Below, one piece after another: positions 1 to 10,536 of a stretch of 64,000 nt of DNA. Position 1 is the stretch's first letter. Each line of letters begins with the position of its first letter. Under the pieces are notes generated by a model. That model was not told where the DNA came from. It did no database searches and was given only the letters and a program-made list of their open reading frames with translations. The position numbers were made by a program, and so were the translations under genes. Source of the DNA: Candidatus Melainabacteria bacterium 17Bon1m (lineage in GTDB: Bacteria > Cyanobacteriota > Vampirovibrionia > Obscuribacterales > Obscuribacteraceae); NCBI GenBank assembly GCA_032128875.1, contig JAVLKG010000002.1, positions 384,001 through 448,000 on the forward strand. Reading direction: 5' to 3'.

Positions 1-531
1 AATCGTTTGAACTACGCCACCACTTACAGTGCCAGTCTCGAGTTCTAACTGACTTTCGATTCGATTGGCAACGGTAAACAAAAATGAGATTACGGCTGAT
101 TCTTCGCTTTGAGATTCAGAAAATTCTTCCTGCAGATCAGATAACACAGATGCCAAAAACTCTACCGATATGGCTGCCCAGCATATTTTATCCTCGGTCC
201 AAGCGAGTGCCAATTTCATGTGGTCATACAAGCACCGGTCGATTTGCTTCAGTACGACGCAAGGATTGAAGTTTTGAAATTGCTTGTTGTTTGAAAGAAC
301 ATTCGCAACGCGCTTGAAGCATATTGAGTCGAAAATGTCGGCATCAGTAATTGCAAATGCGAGTGCCGCAAGTTTGAATGACAGTTTTGGTTCAAAGAGT
401 TGCTCATTGTGCGCGCCAAACTCTTTGAAGAACCTTTCACGTTTCATCGCTTTTCGAAGACGTGATTCGGGCTCATCAAAGGAGAGCCAATGTGCAATTG
501 TTCGCTCTTTGTGAAGGGTTCTGTTAAGCAA
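1..531 (-). CDS. hypothetical protein, partial (runs off the left edge)
   Basis: Manual translation: stop-free minus-strand frame from TTG 531 (or ATG 447) to position 1 (LNRTLHKERTIAHWLSFDEPE...GGVVQTI); absent from the ORF track because there is no stop in the window. Confidence 0.6.
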   Translation of the reverse strand, partial: MLNRTLHKERTIAHWLSFDEPESRLRKAMKRERFFKEFGAHNEQLFEPKLSFKLAALAFAITDADIFDSICFKRVANVLSNNKQFQNFNPCVVLKQIDRCLYDHMKLALAWTEDKICWAAISVEFLASVLSDLQEEFSESQSEESAVISFLFTVANRIESQLELETGTVSGGVVQTI

Positions 532-718
532 AACGTCTCAACTGTGAGTTTGATTAGAAACCGCAAATCCCTGGACAGCGCCTGTTTTCGGTAATCCAGG
601 ATGGACTTACGGCAGCATCGTACCATGTTCGCGTTTGTTGTTCGTGTTTACCCCCTTCTTATCGGCTCTTTATTGAATTAGTCTATAAATCTTCCTTCCG
701 CCAAAGGGCATCGGAATA

Positions 719-2107
719 ATGTCTGTCGCCGTAGACGACACAACTGAACAGCGCGCGGATGACGTCATTATCCGTGGTTCGACTTGGGCAGCCATCTGGC
801 ACATGTCCTGGCCGCTCCTTTTGAACATGTGCACTATTTCAATTGCCAGCTTTGCAGATGTTTGGGTCGCCGGGCAACTTGGTTCATCCACGCAGGCTGC
901 AATTGGTATTTGCGGTCAAATCGGGTTTTTCATGATCATGCTGGCGGTTGCACTTTCCGCTGGGACAACCGCTTTGGTCAGTCGTTTTTGGGGTGCCGGA
1001 GACTTCAAGGGGGCAGTTGAAGCTGCCCGTTATTCACTTGTCTTCGCTTTCATTTTCGGCTGTGTGTCCGGCGGCATCGGGCTGCTCGTCGCCCGCCCCC
1101 TGGTTCGGCTCCTGGGTGCCTCCCCAGAGGTTGAAGAACAAGGATGGCAGTATTTGAGGCTCGACTTGCTCAGCCACATTCCGTTTACCGTCCTCTGGGT
1201 GTCGAATTCAATCTTCAGAGCCAAGGGCGACGCCCGCGTGCCTATGATGACCTGGATATTGATGACGACATTGATTTGCTCGCTAGATGTCGGGCTCTGT
1301 CTTGGCCCTATCAAAATGGGTGTTGCAGGAATCGGGCTTTCCTGGCTGATTGCCGGTACTGTAGGAGTGATTTTTTCCACTTTCATTCTTTCCAAATCAG
1401 AATTGAAAGAGTGTCTCTCTTTCAAAGGCAAGTTCGACAAAGCTCAATCAAAGGAGTGGCTCGGCAGGCTCTTGCGTATTGGAATTCCTGCCTGCATTCA
1501 AGACCTTTCCTGGGTGGGTGGCAACTTCCTTCTGCTATTCATTTTGTCCCATACTCAAGATCCGACGTCTGCTCAAGCGGCATGGGGTGTAGGTTTGCGC
1601 GTCGAAGAAATGATCGGTGGCATGCCGATTTATGCACTTTCGATGGCCGTAGGCACGATAGTTGGTCAAAACCTCGGCGCCAAGCAGCCTGACAGAGCAG
1701 TTAGAGCAGGTTGGCAAGTCGCCGCAATGGGCGCTGGCTTTAACCTGCTTGTGGCAATCTTGCTATATACATTTGCTCGCGAAATCGCCGGCATCATGAG
1801 TATTGACGCCAAAGTAATTCATTACACAAGCGATTATTTCCGCTGGGTGGGAATTTGCCAGCCGTTTGTTGCACTGTGGTTGATTCTCTTCGGAGCAATG
1901 CAGGGCGCTGGTTACACGCGCTGGCCAATGATTGCCAGCACATTGGTTCTAACAGTTTTCAGGCTTCCATTAGCCTGGTATCTGAGCGTCAATCTTAATT
2001 GGGGACCAACCGGTACTTGGGCAGCTGTTTCTGTCTCGGTTTTTATTATCGGAGCACTTGCCATCTGGCGCTTCAACACTGGCGTTTGGAAAGAGCAAAA
2101 AGTATAA
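719..2107 (+). CDS. MATE family efflux transporter
   Basis: 462 aa, many hydrophobic segments, MATE motifs (SIFRAKGDARVPM, IVGQNLGAKQ, GAMQGAG). Confidence 0.92.
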   Translation: MSVAVDDTTEQRADDVIIRGSTWAAIWHMSWPLLLNMCTISIASFADVWVAGQLGSSTQAAIGICGQIGFFMIMLAVALSAGTTALVSRFWGAGDFKGAVEAARYSLVFAFIFGCVSGGIGLLVARPLVRLLGASPEVEEQGWQYLRLDLLSHIPFTVLWVSNSIFRAKGDARVPMMTWILMTTLICSLDVGLCLGPIKMGVAGIGLSWLIAGTVGVIFSTFILSKSELKECLSFKGKFDKAQSKEWLGRLLRIGIPACIQDLSWVGGNFLLLFILSHTQDPTSAQAAWGVGLRVEEMIGGMPIYALSMAVGTIVGQNLGAKQPDRAVRAGWQVAAMGAGFNLLVAILLYTFAREIAGIMSIDAKVIHYTSDYFRWVGICQPFVALWLILFGAMQGAGYTRWPMIASTLVLTVFRLPLAWYLSVNLNWGPTGTWAAVSVSVFIIGALAIWRFNTGVWKEQKV

Positions 2108-2118
2108 AGCGTTTGGTT

Positions 2119-2144
2119 GTTCAATTTTGGGATTGAACTTTTTG
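2119..2144 (+). terminator. probable intrinsic terminator after MATE gene
   Basis: gttcaat-tttggg-attgaac hairpin followed by a T run. Confidence 0.5.
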
Positions 2145-2241
2145 CCTCGCCGCTACGTATAGAAATGAAGGCAGGAAAATTCAGAGGGGGTGAGAGACAT
2201 CCCCGCTGAGCATTCTTGCCTGAGCGTGACTAGAGTAGGAG

Positions 2242-2844
2242 GTGTTTATGCTTACAATCCAAAGTCAAGTACAGGCGCTGGAGAACACAACAAATGATGT
2301 TGCTGCAGACGGGTCTATAGTAAATTTTGAAACTCCAGATAAAACAAAGCCCAGGAAGAAAAGCTACAAAAATCGAGTTGCCTACGCATTGCCTCAATTA
2401 AAACTATGCCTCGTCGGCGAGCCGTCCAGAGCTAGAAAGTTGATTGCTATTCAAGCGCCAGAAGATGTAGCCCGTTTTCTCAACCCTCTGAGATATGCGG
2501 CAGAGGAGCATTTTGTCAGTATTCATTTGAACGCCAGACACGAAGTGTTGGGTCTTCATGAGGTTTCGCACGGCTCATTGTCAGCCTCTCTTGTCCACCC
2601 TCGCGAGGTCTTCAAGGCAGCTATACTCGCCAATAGCTATGCAATCATCGTTTGTCACAATCATCCTTCCGGCTCGAAAGTGGTACCAAGCAAGGAAGAC
2701 CTTGAGACAACCGGGCAGCTTTTCAGCGCCGGAAAGCTTCTAGGTGTGACATTGATCGATCACCTTATCGTTGGTCCGGGACTGAAGAAAAATACCGTTT
2801 ACAGCATTAGAGAGCATTATCCCGAGCTTTGGAAGACTTCTTGA
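2242..2844 (+). CDS. RadC-like JAB/MPN domain protein (JAB domain only)
   Basis: EEHF, SLVHPREVFKAAI, HNHPSG..PS.ED...T and DHLI motifs; RBS aggagg; start GTG 2242 or ATG 2248. Confidence 0.9.
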   Translation: MFMLTIQSQVQALENTTNDVAADGSIVNFETPDKTKPRKKSYKNRVAYALPQLKLCLVGEPSRARKLIAIQAPEDVARFLNPLRYAAEEHFVSIHLNARHEVLGLHEVSHGSLSASLVHPREVFKAAILANSYAIIVCHNHPSGSKVVPSKEDLETTGQLFSAGKLLGVTLIDHLIVGPGLKKNTVYSIREHYPELWKTS

Positions 2845-2990
2845 AGCGTTTGGGTACCACAAAGTAAAGCAAAGCAAAACGGCCTAAACCCTTAACCTGA
2901 GTGGGGTTTTAGACGTGAATATGAGAAGCCTCAGGATTCCGAATTGCGGTTGTGATATCGTGAACCTGCGACTTTGGCAGACTGGTACAC

Positions 2991-4217
2991 ATGAATCGCG
3001 CAGAAAAACGAAAATCCATCAAGGTTCAGGTTGGCAATCAGTACATCGGCGGTGACGCCGAAGTGCTTGTGCAGTCAATGACAAATACACCGACCGAAGA
3101 TCCTGAGGCGACTGCAAATCAGGTAAGAGAACTTTATGACGCCGGATCTGAAATAGTTCGCATTACTGTCAATACAAGAGAAGCTGCAAAGCAGGTTCCT
3201 TTCATCGTTTCACGCCTTGAAAAAATGGGTGTGGACGTTCCACTCGTTGGCGACTTCCACTACAACGGTCATATACTTCTGACGGAGTTTCAAGACTGCG
3301 CTCGTTTGCTTGCGAAGTATCGTGTTAATCCCGGCAATGTTGGTCGGGGAGAAAAGCACGACGAAAATTTCAAAGCGATGATCGACTGCGCCATCAAGTA
3401 CGAAAAGCCGGTGCGCATTGGCGTCAATTGGGGCTCACTCGATCAAGACTTGCTCAAGCGCATGATGGACGAGAACGCCGCTCTGAAAGAACCTCAGGAC
3501 GCGCACGAAGTTCTTATCGAAGCCATCGTTGAAAGTGCTGTGCAATCCGCGGCTAAAGCAGTTGAGTATGGTTTGCCGAAAAACCGCATAGTGCTTAGCG
3601 CAAAAGTTTCTGAAGTGCCGGATATGATCGAGGTCTACCGGCGATTGGCTTCGCGCACAGATCTGGCTCTGCACCTTGGACTCACTGAAGCAGGCATGGC
3701 GATGAAAGGTATGGTCGCATCGAGTGCTGCGCTATCGGTTTTGCTATTCGAAGGCATAGGCGATACCATTCGTGTCAGTCTCACGCCCGAGCCCGGCGCT
3801 GACCGCGCCAAAGAAGTGCATGTTTGCCAGCAGATTTTGCAATCTTTGCATATTCGCAGTTTCAAACCACAAGTCACTGCCTGCCCAGGTTGCGGCAGAA
3901 CAACAAGTACTGTCTTTCAAGAATTGGCAAAAGAAATTGAAGAACATCTTTCCAGTAGAAGGAAAGAGTGGCAAGAACTTTATCCTGCTTCGAAAGACTT
4001 GAAGGTCGCCGTTATGGGCTGCATCGTCAACGGACCCGGCGAATCACGCCACGCCGACATCGGCATCTCTTTGCCAGGCACTGGTGAAGAGCCTCGCGCT
4101 CCTGTTTATGTCGACGGTGAGCATAAGACGACGCTTTCCGGTCCCAATCTCGCCAATGATTTCATCAACCTGGTCGATGATTACGTGAAGAAGAGCTTCG
4201 CCAAAACCAACAACTAG
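2991..4217 (+). CDS. ispG: (E)-4-hydroxy-3-methylbut-2-enyl-diphosphate synthase
   Basis: [47 protein letters not shown]. Confidence 0.97.
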   Translation: MNRAEKRKSIKVQVGNQYIGGDAEVLVQSMTNTPTEDPEATANQVRELYDAGSEIVRITVNTREAAKQVPFIVSRLEKMGVDVPLVGDFHYNGHILLTEFQDCARLLAKYRVNPGNVGRGEKHDENFKAMIDCAIKYEKPVRIGVNWGSLDQDLLKRMMDENAALKEPQDAHEVLIEAIVESAVQSAAKAVEYGLPKNRIVLSAKVSEVPDMIEVYRRLASRTDLALHLGLTEAGMAMKGMVASSAALSVLLFEGIGDTIRVSLTPEPGADRAKEVHVCQQILQSLHIRSFKPQVTACPGCGRTTSTVFQELAKEIEEHLSSRRKEWQELYPASKDLKVAVMGCIVNGPGESRHADIGISLPGTGEEPRAPVYVDGEHKTTLSGPNLANDFINLVDDYVKKSFAKTNN

Positions 4218-6277
4218 TGCTTGATGATGACGGTTGGAAGTGTTCGCTGAAGCCGTTCGAAGTCTTCCTTTGTCCACGCGTCGGTGGTTAAACTTAGCTC
4301 TCTGAGTTTTTTGAAACGCTTAAATGAATCAATGCATTTCGGTGATAGGTCGCAGAAGTAGAGAAAAAGGCTTTCGACGTTGGCTGGTAATAATGGGATA
4401 CATTCATCGGTGAATTTTGAACTGCCTCGCACATCGAGAATGCTCAAATCTAAGCAATGAGTTAGTCCGCGGATTGCGCTCGAGTCTACGTCGCAATCGC
4501 GCATTATCAACCTGTGTATTTTTTTTGATTTCCCTAATTCCTCAGTAATCAAATTTACGCCGCGCATGTCCTTCAGTGCGAGTACTTTTAGCTTGCTCAG
4601 AATTTGAGGCTCTGCGACTTCATTACTCTGCAGGTTGATTTTAGACAGCCATAGCTCCTCGAGGTTTGGCAGTGCTTTTAGTCTATTGAAATTTTCAGGA
4701 CGAATCGTTGTGTTGTCCAAAGACAGAGTCGAAATGCTTTTGAGTTTTACAACATAAGGAATCATGTGATCTACGGACAGCAATTTCTTGTCCATGAATG
4801 GCGCTTGGTCTTCCGGAAAATAGAGGTCAAGAAAACTGACTTCGTCTTCTCTAAATCGATTTAGAAATTGAGGATACTCGCGTATTTTATCGACTGGCCG
4901 AAATACAACCGGTTCGAATTTTGGTGGACTCTGGATATCGCCGACAGCCAGCATCGTGGGTAAATTTGCGAATCCAAAAGTGCCAATTGGCTCGGGTGGA
5001 AAATGAAAAACTCTCCTTCCTGTTTTGTCTTTTAATTCGGAAAATTTCGCTGGATTATTTGCGTACTCTGCATAAATGGTGCTGCTGGACTTTTCTATTC
5101 CTTTCTTCGACTCTTCCAAGGTTTGCTCGACACTCTCTTTCAGTCTCTCTTTCGTTTTTCCGCTGAATTCCGGGCGCTTTACGGTAAAAGTGTTTTGATA
5201 GCCCGGAAGAAAATAGCCGATTGCTATTCCTGCACCAAGTATCAAAACTCCTAGCAATCTTGCTTGTTTTCTGTCTAACTTCCAGTCGACTTCATGAATT
5301 GGCGGCGGCAGCGAGTTTATAACTGTACTGCTGGGAATTGAATCGAATGCCGCCAGGTGCGATGTCACTATCTGGGCTGACTGATAACGTTCACTTACGT
5401 TCTTTTCGAGAAGTTTATTGACTATTTGCTCAATTCTCTCGGGAAACTCAATTCCCATCGACGCTTCTTTCAATGTGAGGGGCGCTTCTGATTGATGTTT
5501 CATCATCGTTGACAGAGCTGTGTCTCCTACAAGTGGAGGCGCACCGGTAAGTGCTTCATAGATGACGCAACCCATCGAATACAAATCAGTTCGGTGATCG
5601 ATAGCACTGCCCATGCATTGCTCGGGGCTCATGTATAAAGGGCTGCCGAATATTTCTCCTGTTTTGGTTAGTGTCTGCTGATTGAAGTCGTCTCTTCCAG
5701 TCAACTTCGCAATGCCAAAATCGACGAGCTTAACTATTGAACCCGAGGTGGTTTCATTGCCTGGCTCTTGAAGCATGATATTGCTCGGTTTTATGTCCCG
5801 ATGAATAATTCCTTTGGAGTGAGCGTAGCCCAGCGCAAACCCAACCTGAACGAATATTTTGAGCACTTTCTCCAACGGTAGGCGACCGCGCGTCTTTAAA
5901 AGCTCAGCCAGCGACTGTCCTTGTACGAGATCCATAATGAAATACGGTTGTCCATTTGGAAGCAGACCGGACTCATGCACTTTGACCAAATTAGGATGAT
6001 CGAGACGATTGGTTGCATTGATCTCGTTTTCAAATCGCTTCCATGATGCGTCGTTTGACTGTTGTTTGTTCAGAAATTTAAGAGCATAGAAGCGTTTGGT
6101 TCTAATGTCCTCTACTTTGTAGACGCTACCCATTCCGCCACTTCCAAGCAGCTCAATGAGCTTATAGCGTTCTTGAATGAGGGCGCCATCTTTGACATCA
6201 AGCCATTCAAGATGGGCGGATTCACCCATCCGATGTACTTCTTGGCTTGGTTGCTGAGAATCAGGGGTTTTGCTCAT
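4214..6277 (-). CDS. Hanks-type Ser/Thr kinase with one TM helix and C-terminal LRR domain
   Basis: [49 protein letters not shown]; LxxLxL repeats. Confidence 0.9.
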   Translation of the reverse strand: MSKTPDSQQPSQEVHRMGESAHLEWLDVKDGALIQERYKLIELLGSGGMGSVYKVEDIRTKRFYALKFLNKQQSNDASWKRFENEINATNRLDHPNLVKVHESGLLPNGQPYFIMDLVQGQSLAELLKTRGRLPLEKVLKIFVQVGFALGYAHSKGIIHRDIKPSNIMLQEPGNETTSGSIVKLVDFGIAKLTGRDDFNQQTLTKTGEIFGSPLYMSPEQCMGSAIDHRTDLYSMGCVIYEALTGAPPLVGDTALSTMMKHQSEAPLTLKEASMGIEFPERIEQIVNKLLEKNVSERYQSAQIVTSHLAAFDSIPSSTVINSLPPPIHEVDWKLDRKQARLLGVLILGAGIAIGYFLPGYQNTFTVKRPEFSGKTKERLKESVEQTLEESKKGIEKSSSTIYAEYANNPAKFSELKDKTGRRVFHFPPEPIGTFGFANLPTMLAVGDIQSPPKFEPVVFRPVDKIREYPQFLNRFREDEVSFLDLYFPEDQAPFMDKKLLSVDHMIPYVVKLKSISTLSLDNTTIRPENFNRLKALPNLEELWLSKINLQSNEVAEPQILSKLKVLALKDMRGVNLITEELGKSKKIHRLIMRDCDVDSSAIRGLTHCLDLSILDVRGSSKFTDECIPLLPANVESLFLYFCDLSPKCIDSFKRFKKLRELSLTTDAWTKEDFERLQRTLPTVIIKH

Positions 6278-8426
6278 TTGATACTCGCGCTGGTTTTAAC
6301 CGCCCTGTATGTTTTTCTTCTTCTGTAATCGCAAACTCGACTTCCAAATTTTGATTGCTGCTGAGCAGCTTATGAATATCGAAAGAAGAGAAAGATTCTC
6401 TGTCAACAATGAGCAGTCTTAAATTTTTCAGATGCTTAAAGTAGGGGAAAGAAGCGCTCGTAACTTTGCATTTGCTGATGTCTAGCAGCCTTAGAGTGTT
6501 TGGCAGTTTCTTGATTGTTTCATCAGTAATTTTCGTGCCTCTCAATTCCAATTCTGTCAGCATCGGCATTGTTGCAAATGCTTCTGCGTCTTTATCTGTA
6601 ATTGCGCACCTGCTCAGGCACAGATTGCGGATCTCTTTCGAACCTTTCAATCTTTCAATAACTGGGGTGACGCTTTCGTCTGTCACTAGTTTGAAATATT
6701 CGAGTTTTTTGAAGCCTTTGAATTTTGCAATTTCCGCCGCGCTCAGTTTGATGTGAGAAAGGCTCAAGACCTTCAAGTTCGCAAAGGTGTTAACGCATTG
6801 CCAACCTTTTGGACTGACTTCCGTTGCATTCATGTGCAGTTCTTTCAACGTCCGAAGGTGCGTAGCTTGGGAGAGTAAATTGTCGGTGCTTGAATAATCG
6901 ATAGTATCGATATTTATATCGGAGTACTGATTCTTGAGGCTTAGCCATTCAATTTCGTCCTCGCGAAATTTCTTGAAGAGCTTTGGATGAGACTTGAAAA
7001 TCCCATTGGGAGTAAAGGCAAGATGAGCTGATATAGGAAATTCTATGCTTCCTTTTGCCTTTTGAGGTTTGCCATATGTTTCACCGATTACACCAAGAGA
7101 AAAATCAGGGAAGTGGAAGATTCGAATCTTCCTTTTACCGTCGAGCGTTGCAAAATATCCTGCTTCCTTTTCCATCGCAGACAGCCTGGCGTGGCACATT
7201 TTGAAATGAGCAGGGGAGTATTCGTCGACAATGTCGCCGCCTTCATGCTTGATTTGCATATTTGGCGTTGGCGTGCGGGATAAGGCGTTGTCGGCATAAA
7301 GACGAACTTTTGGTATCTCGGGGGCGGGACGCGGTATACGCGTGCCAATGAAGGCCCCGACCAGAAGAATCCCTAGGTAAATTGACAGCAGTTTGAACAC
7401 GTAAAACGGGCGGATTTTTGTTTCGACTTTCGGTTCGACTTTGTCAAATACTGGAAAAGTGGTGTCCAGTCCGGAGTCGAAATTCACCAAATCCGAAGTA
7501 AAGGCTTGTGCTGTTTGATATCTGTCGTGAACTTCTTTCTTGAGCAGTCTGGCGATAATTCTTTCTATCTGCTCCGGATATTCGATACCTAGCGAAGCTT
7601 CTTTGAGTGGCAATGCGTCTTCCGATTGATGCTTCATCATCGTAGATAGTGCGCTGTCTCCCATGAGTGGCGGCGCACCGGTCAATGATTCGTAGAAAAC
7701 ACACCCGAGAGAATAGAGGTCTGAGCGGTGATCGACTCCGGCTCCCATGCACTGCTCTGGGCTCATGTACAGAGGGCTTCCAAATATCTCTCCTGTTTTC
7801 GTCAAGGTCATTTGCGTACAATCGTCTTTGCCTGTGAGTTTTGCAATTCCGAAATCAACAACTTTGACTATGGCACCAATCGTAGTATCGTCTTTGTTTT
7901 TCTCCAGCATTATGTTGCTGGGTTTGATGTCGCGGTGAATAACGCCGTTTGCGTGTGCATAGCTCAAAGCAAATCCGACTTGTATGAAGACTTTTACTGC
8001 TTGGCTTACAGACAATCTGCCTCTGGTCTTTAGAATGTCCGCAAGTGATTCACCTTGCACGAGATCCATTATGAAAAACGGCTGGCCGTCAGGTAAGAGC
8101 CCCCATTCATAAACCTTGATCAGGTTCGGATGGTCGAGCTTGTTTGACGTTTTTGCTTCAATGTCAAAACGCCTCCAGGTTGCTTCATTGGTGTGCTGCT
8201 TGTGCAAAAACTTAAGCGCATAGTTAAGTGCTGTTTCCAGGCTTTCTACCTTATAGACACTGCCCATGCCACCGCGTCCGAGCATTTCGATAACCTTGTA
8301 TCGCTCCAGAATAACGATGCCTGGCGCAAATTCCAAGACAGCAGGTGCTTCGGCGCTCAACGCCAGCGTCGCTTCTTGCGAATTGCTGTTGCCGTTAGGA
8401 TGCTGGTTATGTGCCGGATCTTTCAT
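6261..8426 (-). CDS. Hanks-type Ser/Thr kinase with one TM helix and C-terminal LRR domain
   Basis: Complete kinase motifs; TM LLSIYLGILLVGAFIG; LRRs such as LKELHMNATEVS, LTELELRGTKITD. Confidence 0.9.
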   Translation of the reverse strand: MKDPAHNQHPNGNSNSQEATLALSAEAPAVLEFAPGIVILERYKVIEMLGRGGMGSVYKVESLETALNYALKFLHKQHTNEATWRRFDIEAKTSNKLDHPNLIKVYEWGLLPDGQPFFIMDLVQGESLADILKTRGRLSVSQAVKVFIQVGFALSYAHANGVIHRDIKPSNIMLEKNKDDTTIGAIVKVVDFGIAKLTGKDDCTQMTLTKTGEIFGSPLYMSPEQCMGAGVDHRSDLYSLGCVFYESLTGAPPLMGDSALSTMMKHQSEDALPLKEASLGIEYPEQIERIIARLLKKEVHDRYQTAQAFTSDLVNFDSGLDTTFPVFDKVEPKVETKIRPFYVFKLLSIYLGILLVGAFIGTRIPRPAPEIPKVRLYADNALSRTPTPNMQIKHEGGDIVDEYSPAHFKMCHARLSAMEKEAGYFATLDGKRKIRIFHFPDFSLGVIGETYGKPQKAKGSIEFPISAHLAFTPNGIFKSHPKLFKKFREDEIEWLSLKNQYSDINIDTIDYSSTDNLLSQATHLRTLKELHMNATEVSPKGWQCVNTFANLKVLSLSHIKLSAAEIAKFKGFKKLEYFKLVTDESVTPVIERLKGSKEIRNLCLSRCAITDKDAEAFATMPMLTELELRGTKITDETIKKLPNTLRLLDISKCKVTSASFPYFKHLKNLRLLIVDRESFSSFDIHKLLSSNQNLEVEFAITEEEKHTGRLKPARVSNEQNP

Positions 8427-8436
8427 TTCTCGCCCG

Positions 8437-10536
8437 TCAATTGAGCTGAGAAGAGGCTCTTTTCCAAATTACATTTTTCGGAGCCAGCTTTTTCTCGAAG
8501 TGTTGAACTTGTGCGGGGGTGAATATCTTGTCTGATAAGCGAATTGACAAAAGTTTCGGCATGCTCTTTAGAGTCGGAATGACTTTGGTTGTGACAGGAC
8601 AAGATTCAAGGTCAATATGCAAAAGGTTTTTCAGTCCTTGCAACTTCTTGATTGCCTCGTCGGTTACGAAATGATTATTGGTCAAGTCAAGGCGTTGCAG
8701 CGTTGGCATTTGACCTAGCAAAGAAATGTCGTCGGGTGTTAGCTCACAATTATTGAGTTCGAGAATTTCTATTTGATTTGCTGCTTTGAGTTTTTGCAAA
8801 ACAGAGGTTATACCTGTTATGAAGCCACAATTGAGCTGTTTCAGCTGCGCCAGATTCGACAAGGTCGTGATGTCTTTTCCGGTAAGATTTGTGCCCTTTA
8901 GATTCAGATATTTCAAATTTCGGATCTTCGATATCTGTCGCAAATTGTCTTTGTCACAGGCGCTACTCTCTAAGCCCAGATATTCGAGATTGGTATAACT
9001 TTCAACCGGTTTGAGAATTGCTGCCAGGTTGTTCTGGACGCCCGTCAGCTTGAATCCTCCCAGCTCATCCGGGCGGAATTTCGAAAAAATAATTGGAGAA
9101 GCGGATATTGCTTGATCGAAATCAATATAGAGAGGCTTGAAACTTTCGTATACTTTTACGCCCGTGGCATGTCCACCAACATTCGGCAACATATTGAAGC
9201 TCCAATCTTCGTTATGCAGAACTCCCAAAGTTTCACTTGTTGGAAAACGGAATATTCTCTTCTTTCCATCGTTTAGTAGTGTGGAAAACGGCTTTGAATC
9301 TAGGTTCATTAAGCCATTTTTCACAGACTCTAGATCTACAAGCGGTGAGCCTTCCGCTCTGTCTTTCTCTTTGGATTCCTTTGGTGTTTTTACCGCCGTC
9401 TCTTGAGGTGAAGAGGTTTCACCTCGATAGACATAACCAAGAAAAAAGCCTGCTGCGATCATTGCCACAGAGCAAATTCCCAGAATGATATGATTGTCGT
9501 GTCTTTTGACTGGACTTATTCTTTTCTCTGTCCCTATAAGAGTTTGGCGGGAATCATTCGCAACATTTTCATTGAACGATTGTCCTTGCTCGATAGCGAC
9601 CAGATCTGCAGTAAGCATGTTGGCACTTTGATATCGCTTCGCCGGATCCTTTTCCAAAAGTTTTGAAACAACAAACTCTATGGATTCCGGAAATTCCAGC
9701 CCCAGGGATGCTTGCCTCAGTGTAAGCGGAGCCTCGTTTTGATGCTTCATCATCGTTGACAGAGCATTCTCGCCCACCATCGGCGGTGCTCCTGTCAAAG
9801 ATTCAAACATTACACACCCCATCGAGTAGAGGTCTGACCTGTGATCTACTGCTGTTCCCCTGCACTGTTCAGGGCTCATATACAAGGGGCTTCCAAAAAT
9901 CTCCCCAGTGCGTGTCAGAGTCTGCTGATTATATTCGTCCTGACCGGTGAGCTTTGCTATTCCAAAATCTACGACTTTGACTGTGCCTCCTAGGGAGCCG
10001 GAAGCGTTTTTCACCAGCATGATGTTTGATGGTTTGATATCGCGATGTATCACGCCATTTGCGTGTGCATAGGCAAGGGCAAAACCAACCTGGATAAAGA
10101 TCTTCAGTACTTGTTGAAGGGAGAGGGTTCCGCGCGCTGTAAGCTCCTGCGCAAGCGTCGTTCCATTAACGAGGTCCATTACGAAGTAAGGCTGACCGTC
10201 TGCGAGCAAACCCGAATCGTGAACGCGGATCAGGTTTGGATGGTCGAGTTTGTTGGCCGCGCGCGCCTCGTTTTCAAAACGACGCCAAATTGCGTCGTTG
10301 CCTTGTTTGTGATTCAAACATTTTAAAGCGTAGTAAGTCTCTAGTGCCAAGTGTTTCACCTTGAACACACTGCCCATGCCGCCGGTTCCAAGATGTTCTA
10401 CAACGACAAACTTTTGCATTATGACATTGCCTGGTGCCAACAAAACAGGCGAATCATAAGCGTTGAGCCCTGGTGCTCCGGTAGTTTTATCCTGACCGGC
10501 AAGGTCTTGTGGAGTATGCGGAGTGTTTGGGCTCAT
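8437..10536 (-). CDS. Hanks-type Ser/Thr kinase with one TM helix and C-terminal LRR domain
   Basis: Complete kinase motifs; TM IILGICSVAMIAAGFFLGYVY; LRRs such as LKYLNLKGTNLT, LQRLDLTNNHFVTD. Confidence 0.9.
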   Translation of the reverse strand: MSPNTPHTPQDLAGQDKTTGAPGLNAYDSPVLLAPGNVIMQKFVVVEHLGTGGMGSVFKVKHLALETYYALKCLNHKQGNDAIWRRFENEARAANKLDHPNLIRVHDSGLLADGQPYFVMDLVNGTTLAQELTARGTLSLQQVLKIFIQVGFALAYAHANGVIHRDIKPSNIMLVKNASGSLGGTVKVVDFGIAKLTGQDEYNQQTLTRTGEIFGSPLYMSPEQCRGTAVDHRSDLYSMGCVMFESLTGAPPMVGENALSTMMKHQNEAPLTLRQASLGLEFPESIEFVVSKLLEKDPAKRYQSANMLTADLVAIEQGQSFNENVANDSRQTLIGTEKRISPVKRHDNHIILGICSVAMIAAGFFLGYVYRGETSSPQETAVKTPKESKEKDRAEGSPLVDLESVKNGLMNLDSKPFSTLLNDGKKRIFRFPTSETLGVLHNEDWSFNMLPNVGGHATGVKVYESFKPLYIDFDQAISASPIIFSKFRPDELGGFKLTGVQNNLAAILKPVESYTNLEYLGLESSACDKDNLRQISKIRNLKYLNLKGTNLTGKDITTLSNLAQLKQLNCGFITGITSVLQKLKAANQIEILELNNCELTPDDISLLGQMPTLQRLDLTNNHFVTDEAIKKLQGLKNLLHIDLESCPVTTKVIPTLKSMPKLLSIRLSDKIFTPAQVQHFEKKLAPKNVIWKRASSQLN

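Noticed and set aside
2242-2844. RadC as a marker of an integrative element
   Set aside because: No integrase, att-like repeats or conjugation genes; flanked by MATE and ispG
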